Positions 17,898-26,978 of a stretch of 64,000 nucleotides of DNA are shown here, one piece after another. The position numbers were made by a program, and so were the translations under genes. The stretch lies in the IMG/VR virus record IMGVR_UViG_3300046318_000318, one strand, 5' to 3'. The notes beneath the pieces were generated by a model that ran no database searches, had not been told where the DNA came from, and worked only from the letters and a program-made list of their open reading frames with translations. This DNA comes from a virus (lineage: Duplodnaviria > Caudoviricetes). Each line of letters starts with the position of its first letter. Within the stretch, counting starts at the first letter, position 1.

Positions 17898-20822
17898 ATG
17901 CCAACTTTAACAGATCTGCAAGCAGGTGTGGAAAGATACAAATTCAGTCCTGTGGATATACAGAGAACTGTACTTGAACATCTTGACGCAGTCACAGACG
18001 GTAAAATCAATCTGGTAGATGCCACCTCACCTTTTATGTTTCTTCTGGATGCAAGCTGTGTTAATACAGCTACAGCCATACAAGAATATGAAATTAACCT
18101 CAGAAGACAATATCCTAGTTTAGCACAAACTGAATTAGATCTCTATAGCCATATGGCTGATGTAGACTATTTAGATAGATTCGCCAAACCATCTTCTGTG
18201 ACCTATACATTAGCTATCTCTGTAGCCGACATCAAATCTAAATTGGTCAGAAATGATGCTGAAGAGTGCTACCAGGCTACTATACCTAGGGATACCTATT
18301 TCACAGTAGATGAATATACCTTTACTTTGGAATACCCTATAGACATCAGAAGGTTCTCTAACGGAGCCTATCAGTTTAGTTATAACGGAGAATTAGAATC
18401 TCCTTTGGGTCCTCTGACCAACAACATCATAGACTACGTGGTCAGAAGAGACGCAGACGGTAATGATTGGGTGTTTCTGACTGTTCCTTTGAAACAGTTC
18501 AAGATAGAAACGCACTATCAGACTGTGCTCAGATCCACACCTTACGAAGAAAATATTGTATTTAACGATCAGTATTATTACTGCCGTGTGTTCTACAAGA
18601 ATGAAAACACCCCAACGTGGGTGGAGATGAAGACCACTCACAGCGACCAGATCTTTGACCCTTACCATCCAACAGCTTTACTGAGTGTTATAAACAACCA
18701 GGTTACTGTATCTGTACCTATGGTCTATATCACCACAGAACAAGTCTATGGTAATGTTCGTGTGGATGTTTATACAACCAAAGGACCTATAGCAGTTAAC
18801 ATGTCGAACTATAAGGTGAACTTCTTTGGTTATAAGCTTAAGGCTATAAACGAAGAAAGAGACCTGAATATATATACAGCGGCTATGACTGAAATAGGTC
18901 TGTTGTCGTTTAGTGATCAGATCACTTATGGCGGTAGTGACCAAATTGAATTCTTAGAGCTTAGAGATCGTGTCATACAGAACTCTATCGGTGACAGACA
19001 GCTACCTGTCACTAATGCACAAGCTACCAGCTATATAGAGAACAGAGGTTTTGAATTAGTGAAGAACGTGGATGTGGTTACTAACCGTGTCTTCTTAGCT
19101 ATTAAGAAACTACCTATACCTAATAACCTTAAGTTGCTGACATCTGCTAACATCGGTATGTCCACAACCAACATGGATTTAGGCTATATCAGAACTCTTG
19201 AAACAGCCACAGATAACTTCAACAGAATCACAGTACATAGCAACAACCTGTTCATCAACGAAAACGGTGTGGTGCGTATCGTGACTGCTTCTGAGTTGAT
19301 TAGTTTAAGAGGTATGTCTAAAACAGCTTTGGCTGTGGAAGTCAATAGTAAACAGTATATCTATAACCCTTTCTACTACGTGCTTGATAGTTCTGAATCT
19401 GAGTTTGATTCAAGAGCCTATCATCTAGATCAACCTTTTGCCAAGAACTTAAGTTTCATTTACCAGAATGAAACCATGATGTTGCCTGTCAATACCAAGA
19501 CTTTCAGTTTGACAAAGACATCTGTGGGTTATAATCTTATTATCAGTACCAAGTCTGGTAATCAATACAAAGCCGTGGCTGATAACGACATAACCGTGGT
19601 GCTAGGTTATGTACCTGTCAATGAAACCAATGCAGCTTTTATTAAAGGTATCTATCAAGGTAGAAGCGACGCAGCTTCTGGTAATGAGCGTATCTTTAAA
19701 TTTGAGATCAAGACCAACCACGATATAGATACAGATGACTATATCACTTTGACATCAGGTAAGATGTTCTCTACTTCAGAGATCAAAACCAAATGTCTGT
19801 TGAGTAAGTCGTTTAAAATCTACCACATGTCGTCTTCCATTACCGTAGGGTTTAAACCCAGCGAAGCGGATGGTGATGCTCCTATATTCCTAACAGGACC
19901 AGGCTTTAAGGTTATCACACACGAAACCTTAGATCTTACCTTTGGTTATGCTTTAAAGAACCTCTGGTCCAGATCAAGGACTCTACCAGGCGGTACTGTA
20001 TATAAAAAGCACTCTGCAGACATACCTCTTTTATACACAGAAGATGTTTACAGAACAGATCCTATCACAGGTTCTATCTTTAGTATAAATGCATCTGGTA
20101 ATGTGGTTTACGATAAACTTCATACAGCTGGAGATATAGTAAGAGATAACTCTGGTGCTGTGATATATAAATACAAAGCTGGCGATACAGTCATAGATGC
20201 TGATGGTAACCCTGTACCTGATGAGATAGCTTCTATGGATAAAGAGTTAGACATCCTCTTTGTGGATGGTCGATACTACTTTACGACAGATGCTAACTTT
20301 ATAGCATACAGAGCTGAGATAGCTGAAACTATCAGAACCTGGATCACTGAAGATCTTAAAGAAAGTCAAAAGAAACTGTTAGAGCAGACTAAGTTGTTCT
20401 TCTATCCTAAGACTACCTTAGGTAAAGTAAGAGTCTATCCAGACAGTTACACAGAAGACATCGTAGACGCTGAACAGTCTTTGACTATAGATCTCTATGT
20501 AAATAACAAAGTCTATCACGACAATGATATTAGAAACAGATTGACGTCTGGTATCGTTAAGCTGGTAGATGAGTGGATAGATGATCCTGTTGTTAATATA
20601 ACTGAGCTGCATAAACAGATCACGGTATTCTCAAGCGCCTCTGTGGTGAGTGTGAGTATCAAAGGTTTGGCTGGTGATAAGAACTATCAGATATTGACTC
20701 TGGCGCAGAACGAAAGTCGTTTATGTGTTAAGAAGAAACTGTTTGTTCAACCAGATGGTACGACTATTATTAAAGAAGACATCACAGTCAACTTCACTAA
20801 CGTAGAAAAACTGGCAGTTTAA
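17898..20822 (+). CDS. Large baseplate-wedge-like virion protein (phiKZ gp87-like)
   Basis: 974 aa; DATSPFMFLL and YPSLAQT..LY.HM motifs; size and synteny. Confidence 0.75.
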   Translation: MPTLTDLQAGVERYKFSPVDIQRTVLEHLDAVTDGKINLVDATSPFMFLLDASCVNTATAIQEYEINLRRQYPSLAQTELDLYSHMADVDYLDRFAKPSSVTYTLAISVADIKSKLVRNDAEECYQATIPRDTYFTVDEYTFTLEYPIDIRRFSNGAYQFSYNGELESPLGPLTNNIIDYVVRRDADGNDWVFLTVPLKQFKIETHYQTVLRSTPYEENIVFNDQYYYCRVFYKNENTPTWVEMKTTHSDQIFDPYHPTALLSVINNQVTVSVPMVYITTEQVYGNVRVDVYTTKGPIAVNMSNYKVNFFGYKLKAINEERDLNIYTAAMTEIGLLSFSDQITYGGSDQIEFLELRDRVIQNSIGDRQLPVTNAQATSYIENRGFELVKNVDVVTNRVFLAIKKLPIPNNLKLLTSANIGMSTTNMDLGYIRTLETATDNFNRITVHSNNLFINENGVVRIVTASELISLRGMSKTALAVEVNSKQYIYNPFYYVLDSSESEFDSRAYHLDQPFAKNLSFIYQNETMMLPVNTKTFSLTKTSVGYNLIISTKSGNQYKAVADNDITVVLGYVPVNETNAAFIKGIYQGRSDAASGNERIFKFEIKTNHDIDTDDYITLTSGKMFSTSEIKTKCLLSKSFKIYHMSSSITVGFKPSEADGDAPIFLTGPGFKVITHETLDLTFGYALKNLWSRSRTLPGGTVYKKHSADIPLLYTEDVYRTDPITGSIFSINASGNVVYDKLHTAGDIVRDNSGAVIYKYKAGDTVIDADGNPVPDEIASMDKELDILFVDGRYYFTTDANFIAYRAEIAETIRTWITEDLKESQKKLLEQTKLFFYPKTTLGKVRVYPDSYTEDIVDAEQSLTIDLYVNNKVYHDNDIRNRLTSGIVKLVDEWIDDPVVNITELHKQITVFSSASVVSVSIKGLAGDKNYQILTLAQNESRLCVKKKLFVQPDGTTIIKEDITVNFTNVEKLAV

Positions 20823-20832
20823 AAATTAAAAA

Positions 20833-20872
20833 TATCTATACACCCGGCCTATATGGCTCGGGTGTATAGATA
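20833..20872. terminator. Bidirectional terminator
   Basis: tatctatacacccggcc-tatat-ggctcgggtgtatagata between convergent genes. Confidence 0.8.
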
Positions 20873-20879
20873 AATCTTT

Positions 20880-21986
20880 TTAAGCTCTTTTAAGCTCTTC
20901 AAATAATACGTGTGTGTTAAAGTTCAATTGACCTAAGCTGTATAAAGCACTAGCAGCTGAGACAGAAGCACGTATAGTGCGCATCAACTCAGCATTGTGC
21001 GTTAACAGATAGTTATGTAATTCAGCTGGTGTGGCAGTATCTACATTAGCACTGTTCTTCATGAACTCAAGCTTACCAGCTATATCGTTCAAACAAGTAC
21101 CTATAGATTCTAACAAAGAAGCATACTTTTCACTGGTGTAGAACGTTAACAGATCTTTAAACGTCAGATCGTGTACAGTTTCACCGCGCATGTTCTCATC
21201 GCTGAATAGATTATCCATAGACTTACCGTAGATAACAGTAGCTATACACATCTTTAAAGCTCTGCATTCATAAGCTGTCTTTATATTTAAAACAGCTTTA
21301 GTGAACTCAGCTCCATCCATGGTACCACCCTTGAACATATCTGGGATAAGTTCAGACACAGGTATCTCTAAGAAAGATTTGAACTCTTCCTTGTACTGCA
21401 CTATGGTGTTTTTAGATCCCTCTAATTTAGAAGAGATATCTTTTCCATTGACATGCAGATCGTTACCTGTAGCTCTGATAGCTGGAAGATGTTCACCTGA
21501 AAGCACACTTACAGTAGCTATAGCTGCTTCAAGTGGTTCTTTTAAGAATGTCTTTGCGTCTTCAAATAACAAAGCTTGTTCAACAGCAATAGAACGTTTC
21601 ATATTAGAAACAGTCGCATCAAAGTTGACTTTGGTTTTATTGACGGAGAATTGCTCAAGTGTAAGTCTTGTACCCAGTAGAGCTGGAAACTGTTCAAGAG
21701 CATATGAAACATCTGCTCTACATACAGCACCTTCTGTACTGATCTCATCATGTACAGCTTGCATTTCTACTATTTTAACTGTCTTACCATCTAAAGCAGC
21801 AAAGTTAACTTGAGCTGTAGCTAAAGCTTGACCTGCTTGAGTAGTCGTTTGTGGATTAACAGGTTGGGAAGGAGCACCGACTATGACTGTGGACTTATCT
21901 GTGGATTGCACAGAAGATGGACCTTTGATTAAATCATGATCCACCACAGTGTTGTCGATGTCGTCCATGACGTCATCATTTAACAT
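20880..21986 (-). CDS. Virion head protein (gp86-like by synteny)
   Basis: 368 aa; acidic N-terminus; ALE and AVE motifs. Confidence 0.6.
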   Translation of the reverse strand: MLNDDVMDDIDNTVVDHDLIKGPSSVQSTDKSTVIVGAPSQPVNPQTTTQAGQALATAQVNFAALDGKTVKIVEMQAVHDEISTEGAVCRADVSYALEQFPALLGTRLTLEQFSVNKTKVNFDATVSNMKRSIAVEQALLFEDAKTFLKEPLEAAIATVSVLSGEHLPAIRATGNDLHVNGKDISSKLEGSKNTIVQYKEEFKSFLEIPVSELIPDMFKGGTMDGAEFTKAVLNIKTAYECRALKMCIATVIYGKSMDNLFSDENMRGETVHDLTFKDLLTFYTSEKYASLLESIGTCLNDIAGKLEFMKNSANVDTATPAELHNYLLTHNAELMRTIRASVSAASALYSLGQLNFNTHVLFEELKRA

Positions 21987-21987
21987 A

Positions 21988-22452
21988 TCAGACGACCTTC
22001 TTACTGAGTTGTTCCAACACCTTCTTAAAGCCGTTGTTCATCACAGAGACTTCAGTAGCATTGTCTTTCATGAAACAAAGAGTTTCTTCAGAGAAGTGTT
22101 TATACAGCTTGAAGATATCTACGATACCGTTGGCTGTACCACTTTGACTGTGGAACATGCTGTTGTCGTAGCAGCTCTGGTATCTGAACATATAGAAAGA
22201 TATAACCTCCTTCATGACAGCGTCTGTGTCTAACAAACAGACTTCCATGATGCGACCCACCAAAGTAGATACAGTCTGAAGGTGTTCAGATCTGTAGTAC
22301 ATGTGAGGATCTTCAACAGGAGCCTGTGGTAATTCAAGATCGTAAGCCAAGACACGAGCTAAACCCAAAGTCACAGACTTGGTCTTAGATTTACCTGTAG
22401 AACCAATGCCTACCAGAAAGGTATTGGATTCTTGATTGATAGAAAGCAACAT
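21988..22452 (-). CDS. Conserved hypothetical protein
   Basis: 154 aa; LARVLAYDL...PHMYY; AAGGA RBS. Confidence 0.7.
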   Translation of the reverse strand: MLLSINQESNTFLVGIGSTGKSKTKSVTLGLARVLAYDLELPQAPVEDPHMYYRSEHLQTVSTLVGRIMEVCLLDTDAVMKEVISFYMFRYQSCYDNSMFHSQSGTANGIVDIFKLYKHFSEETLCFMKDNATEVSVMNNGFKKVLEQLSKKVV

Positions 22453-22467
22453 TTTTAATTTTCCTTA

Positions 22468-23820
22468 TCAGGACTGAAGTCTTAACTCAGCAGATTTAAT
22501 AAACAAAGGATTCGCCGAAAGCTCTTCCAACAACTGTTCTTCACGGATGCTTCTACCTGCATTGCGATCAGAAGACCAGAACACATTTAAGAATCCATCT
22601 AGGATAGTGTTGTATTCCATCGTGTCTTTTATGATACCGTCCATGACGTAGATGTTATCCACGATAGGCTTCATCTCTTTAGGAGACAACTTCTGGTCTT
22701 TCAAAGACTCGATCATGTCGTTACGCAGCCTCACATACCGAAGTTTAAGCTTGTCGTATGTGTAATCTCTTCCAGATTCGCCTGAATCACCAAGCATACT
22801 TGTTACAATAAGCGCAGAGATGATAGCATAAAAGATCCAACCGCTGCCAATAGCAACAGCTAAGCAAGTAACACCCAAGCAGAACCAAAGAAGATTTAAC
22901 AGCTGGAAGAACACCCAAGCAGATCTTTGTTTCTCAGGACTCCAGCCAGCTTTGGTTAGTTTATCTAAAGCGATAGTAACTTCTCTGCCGTATCCAAATC
23001 TGCTGGAGAAAGTATCCGCCATCTGTTCAAAGCTGGTTTTAGAATAAGTGCCATTATCCATCTGTGTACCAGTGCCTGTGTCAGCAGCATCCACAATGAA
23101 CTTAAACCAGTGATAAGAAGCGATAGTTCTGTTGTCAGACATCATCTTATCGACTTCCTCACGCTTGATCTTAGGCGTTACGGTCTTCAGTTCTCTGAAG
23201 ATATAGTCAGAATCTGCTTTAGACTTCTTACCTAAGCAAACTTTAGCCGTATTAGCTAAGACTTGGTTGTTGGTGTCAAGACGATCAGAGTATTCAAATG
23301 CATAGAAAGCATGACCTAATTCATGAAGGATCACACCAGTAGTTTCAGCTGGTGTTAGTTTATAATCACGCTTAAGGCTAGTGAAATTAAGATACAGGTT
23401 TACCACCACATCAGAGAATACACCACCCACAGTAGCATCAGCTACATTAACACTACCTTTGACCTTACCCTTTTTCAGAAGATCACCTATTTGCTCTTGA
23501 ACATAGTCTTCAGCTGGTTTACCTTGCCACATCTTAGGTATAAATACATGATGAGACTGAGCATAGAAAGGCTGAACAGCTGCTAGAGCCAGAATAGTAT
23601 TTATTTTAACACCAAAGCCTAAACGGCTCTTTACCAACATTTCCAACTGTTTAGTCTCAGGCCACATAGCCAGCTCTTCAGCGTTGACAGCCACAGAAGT
23701 CTCAATCTTCTTATAGATATCAGATACGATAACTTCTATCCGACTACCGAAGTTATCTTTTTGGAAATCGATCGTTTCCATAGCGAAGCTCATTAGCTTC
23801 TTTCTCTTGTTAAAAAACAT
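22468..23820 (-). CDS. Virion protein with M48-like zinc metallopeptidase motif and hydrophobic helices
   Basis: HELGH followed by EQMAD...RFGYG; long hydrophobic stretch; start moved to ATG 23820 (AGGAG RBS); AME motif near the N-terminus. Confidence 0.7.
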   Translation of the reverse strand: MFFNKRKKLMSFAMETIDFQKDNFGSRIEVIVSDIYKKIETSVAVNAEELAMWPETKQLEMLVKSRLGFGVKINTILALAAVQPFYAQSHHVFIPKMWQGKPAEDYVQEQIGDLLKKGKVKGSVNVADATVGGVFSDVVVNLYLNFTSLKRDYKLTPAETTGVILHELGHAFYAFEYSDRLDTNNQVLANTAKVCLGKKSKADSDYIFRELKTVTPKIKREEVDKMMSDNRTIASYHWFKFIVDAADTGTGTQMDNGTYSKTSFEQMADTFSSRFGYGREVTIALDKLTKAGWSPEKQRSAWVFFQLLNLLWFCLGVTCLAVAIGSGWIFYAIISALIVTSMLGDSGESGRDYTYDKLKLRYVRLRNDMIESLKDQKLSPKEMKPIVDNIYVMDGIIKDTMEYNTILDGFLNVFWSSDRNAGRSIREEQLLEELSANPLFIKSAELRLQS

Positions 23821-23912
23821 GGGTGTAACTCCTGCGGCGTGGGTGTTTGGAAAAAAAGAAAAACCAGGTTTCGGCGAGATGTTATGTATTAACACCCAAC
23901 CTATTCTGTACC

Positions 23913-25640
23913 ATGGCTAATATCAAAGGCAAAGAATGTAAATTTGTCGTACACGTTCCGAGTAATCACCCGGATGTGGAAGACGTCCATTTGATTAAAG
24001 AAGTCACTCATTATGATGATGGTAGCACCATACCTGGTATCAGGATGATTAAAAATTACAAGAGACCTTTCTATGTAACTAAGAGATCTTACAGAAATCA
24101 CAAACAGAAAAAAGAATGTGAGCATATCTCTAAGTTGGATAGGTTTGATTGTACTGAATCAGAGCTGAGAAACCAAATAGCTAGAGTTCTTGATAAAGCT
24201 TGGTCTAAGGATCATCTTAAAGAACTGTTGGTTTCACCATACATCTACGGAGCTGATGTAACTTCTACTTCGTTTATCAAGAATGATTATAAGAACAAGT
24301 ACCCTGGTATAGCTTCTGCCAACTCTTTGGCTTTTCTTGATATTGAGACTGACATGGTGCATGGACACAAGAAAACTGTGTTGATCACTGTTGTTATGAA
24401 AGGTATCTGCTTTACAGCTGTGACAGAAGAGTTTGCCAAAGGGATAGGGGATATCCAATCTCTCTACAACCTGGGTAAAAAGAAGTATATACAAGAGTAC
24501 ATAGATAAACATCAACTTGAATGTCAGTTGGTTGTGGTCAAAGACAACATCGAAGCTATTAAAGCCGCTTTTAAATTACTCCATGAAAAGAAACCAGATC
24601 TTCTTGCTATCTGGAACATCAACTACGACGTTCCTAAGATGATAGGTGAGATAGAGGATGAAGGTTTGGACCCTGCTGATATCTTTTGTGATCCTGCTGT
24701 GCCTAAGGCTTATAGACTCTGTAAGTACAAGATGGGGAAAACCAAAAAGGTCACAGCCTCTGGTAAAGTATCGGGCATCAACATCGCTGCTCAGTGGCAT
24801 ACATTGTTTCTGACAGCTTCTTTCTATATGGTAGATGCCATGTGTATCTATAAACTACTTAGATTGGCTAAGGCTGAACAACCTCATTACTCCTTAGATT
24901 GGATACTTGGTGTTGAGCTAGGGATCAGAAAACTTAAGTTCAAAGAAGCTGATGGTTATGAAAAGGAACAATGGCACAGCTTTATGCAGTCTCAATATAA
25001 AGTAGAATACATCATCTACAACATGTTTGACTGTATATCCATGATGGAATTAGATGCCAAGACCACAGACATGGCTTTTGCGTTTACATCTTCTTGCGAT
25101 ACCACTGACTTCAGTAAGTTTAACTCACAACCTAAGAAGATCGCTGATGCTTTTTATTACTTCATTCAGGAAAAGAAAGGATTCATATTAGGTACTGTTG
25201 GATTCAGTAAAGAGTCTAACGTCAGTGATGACACAGATCCTGATGTGGTCTTGGATGATGATGACGGTGGTGATGAAGACAGTATGACTTATGACGATGG
25301 GGCTAGATGCCTATCTTTAGCAGGATGGATCGTCACACTACCTTCTTATATGTCAGTGCTGGGTTTGAACATCATTGAAGAAGACCCTACCATCAAAACT
25401 AACATCAGAGCTTTTGTATACGACTCAGATAGCAGTGCTGCTTATCCAAGTGCTACTTCAGTCTGTAATGTAAGTAAAGCTACCACACACAGAGAGATCA
25501 TTGAGATATCTGGTATAGACGAGAATGTATTCAGGGCTCAAAATCTGAATATTGTTCTAGGCTCTACCAACTCTCTAGAATACTGTGTGAATATGTTCGG
25601 TATGCCTGAACCACATAAGCTCTTAGATCTGATAGACTAA
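23913..25640 (+). CDS. Split family-B DNA polymerase, exonuclease-containing half (phiKZ gp82-like)
   Basis: ExoI LDIETD, ExoII WNINYD, ExoIII YNMFD, PolB motif A DSDSSAAYPS; start moved to ATG 23913. Confidence 0.9.
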   Translation: MANIKGKECKFVVHVPSNHPDVEDVHLIKEVTHYDDGSTIPGIRMIKNYKRPFYVTKRSYRNHKQKKECEHISKLDRFDCTESELRNQIARVLDKAWSKDHLKELLVSPYIYGADVTSTSFIKNDYKNKYPGIASANSLAFLDIETDMVHGHKKTVLITVVMKGICFTAVTEEFAKGIGDIQSLYNLGKKKYIQEYIDKHQLECQLVVVKDNIEAIKAAFKLLHEKKPDLLAIWNINYDVPKMIGEIEDEGLDPADIFCDPAVPKAYRLCKYKMGKTKKVTASGKVSGINIAAQWHTLFLTASFYMVDAMCIYKLLRLAKAEQPHYSLDWILGVELGIRKLKFKEADGYEKEQWHSFMQSQYKVEYIIYNMFDCISMMELDAKTTDMAFAFTSSCDTTDFSKFNSQPKKIADAFYYFIQEKKGFILGTVGFSKESNVSDDTDPDVVLDDDDGGDEDSMTYDDGARCLSLAGWIVTLPSYMSVLGLNIIEEDPTIKTNIRAFVYDSDSSAAYPSATSVCNVSKATTHREIIEISGIDENVFRAQNLNIVLGSTNSLEYCVNMFGMPEPHKLLDLID

Positions 25641-25641
25641 A

Positions 25642-25682
25642 AAAATAAACACCCTGGCCTTTTGGGCTGGGGTGTTTATTTT
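25642..25682. terminator. Bidirectional terminator
   Basis: aaaataaacaccctggcc-tttt-gggctggggtgtttatttt between convergent genes. Confidence 0.8.
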
Positions 25683-25683
25683 G

Positions 25684-26298
25684 TCATCGCTTACTCAGTT
25701 CAATGCGGTGGATATCGGAATCAGTAACCTCACACCAAATTGCTTCTTCCTCTTTATCAACCAAGCTGAATTGATGCCAGTATCCATTCCCTGAGTAATT
25801 ATACCCACGGTAAATCAGACGCTCTGACTGACCCTTCCAGTTACATCGATCACCTACATTAAAGCGAGTGATGTTACCGTTGCTATCAAACCCCAGTTCT
25901 TTCAGTAATTCTACTACACTCCAAACAATCTTACTATCTTTATCAAATACCTTTTCGTAGGTTTCGAAATCATCAATTAGTCCAGACGGACATTCTTCAC
26001 GAGGTGTCACCCACAGTGGAAAATAAGACGTCGACGCTACATGACTCACAGTAAAGCCGGATGATTGATTTTTACTGGTGGTTAAATCTAGTTTATAACC
26101 AAACATGTGATTGTCATTATGGAACAGCACGCGTTTTTCATTATCACCTGACTTGATGTAAAGACAATGAGTGGCCAGGCGATGCTTTTGGGTAACTAAA
26201 CTCTTTACTTTTTCTCTGGACATAACAATATCCTCTGGATGGCGTGTATGTTCGTTATGGTTAAAATACATAGCCTGCACAATACTAACTTGATTCAT
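25684..26298 (-). CDS. Hypothetical protein with a C-terminal small phage module (DRCNWKGQSERLIY...YWHQF...WCEV)
   Basis: 204 aa; AAAGGA RBS. Confidence 0.75.
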   Translation of the reverse strand: MNQVSIVQAMYFNHNEHTRHPEDIVMSREKVKSLVTQKHRLATHCLYIKSGDNEKRVLFHNDNHMFGYKLDLTTSKNQSSGFTVSHVASTSYFPLWVTPREECPSGLIDDFETYEKVFDKDSKIVWSVVELLKELGFDSNGNITRFNVGDRCNWKGQSERLIYRGYNYSGNGYWHQFSLVDKEEEAIWCEVTDSDIHRIELSKR

Positions 26299-26363
26299 GA
26301 CACATTCCTTTAAAAAGTTGTTAAGGTCAAATAAAGTTTAAATGACTCAAATGTTTTATAAAA

Positions 26364-26374
26364 CCTATACTATG
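26364..26374 (+). promoter_or_regulatory. Putative late promoter CCTATACTATG
   Basis: Same CTATACTATG 10-mer as upstream of 29161; contains TATG. Confidence 0.35.
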
Positions 26375-26527
26375 GCTGAGTGTTAATATTGGTTATCCGA
26401 TATGGTCACGATGCTCCTTGAGGTGGACTCGGTGGTCAAACGCCGTTTATGTCTCCATGATTTGTTAACTCGGGTCGTGGAGACTTTTTTCCTCGTGAAT
26501 GGTTGGAAGTTAAAAGTGCAGCATAGT

Positions 26528-26557
26528 ACCTTATCCACCTTAACGGGTGGATAAGGT
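26528..26557. terminator. Terminator hairpin
   Basis: accttatccacc-ttaacg-ggtggataaggt downstream of the 26566 stop. Confidence 0.7.
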
Positions 26558-26565
26558 TTCTATGT

Positions 26566-26904
26566 TTAGCTTTTTAAATCCTTCTCTATGTCTGCCATAG
26601 CTGAAGACTTCTTCTTGATTTGATCCAAGGCTATTTGGTTCATCATCTCGTGTACATCTCTAGGGACAGCTAAGTACTCTTCAAACGACAACCCAAAATG
26701 CTCTCGAATATTACTATCTATATAAACACGCATAGCTAACTGTAAGCCACTGCCGTCGTTGACGTCTTCGATGTTGTGAAAAGCCACCGAGGCTAATGGG
26801 CGTGTCTTGTTGGATTGACCGAAATGATTGTAGATCCCTATTTCTGTTTCATAGAGATCCCCAAGCACTATTTTTACATCTGTTCTGTCCAGCTTAGGTA
26901 GCAT
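26566..26904 (-). CDS. Conserved small protein (baseplate/tail-assembly associated); true start uncertain
   Basis: 112 aa; RPLASVAFH and FGLSFEEYLAVP; frame is open upstream into the preceding gene. Confidence 0.7.
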   Translation of the reverse strand: MLPKLDRTDVKIVLGDLYETEIGIYNHFGQSNKTRPLASVAFHNIEDVNDGSGLQLAMRVYIDSNIREHFGLSFEEYLAVPRDVHEMMNQIALDQIKKKSSAMADIEKDLKS

Positions 26905-26978
26905 GGAGAAGAGTTTGTCCCTGAACTTATCTATGCTAAAGTCAGCTCCAAACTCTGGATGTGTGATGTTGTTAATAC

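Noticed and set aside
23847-23912. Upstream extensions of several ORF-track starts (23847, 23895, 12334, 28532, 32976, 51300)
   Set aside because: Downstream ATGs have better RBS or avoid overlap with neighbouring genes
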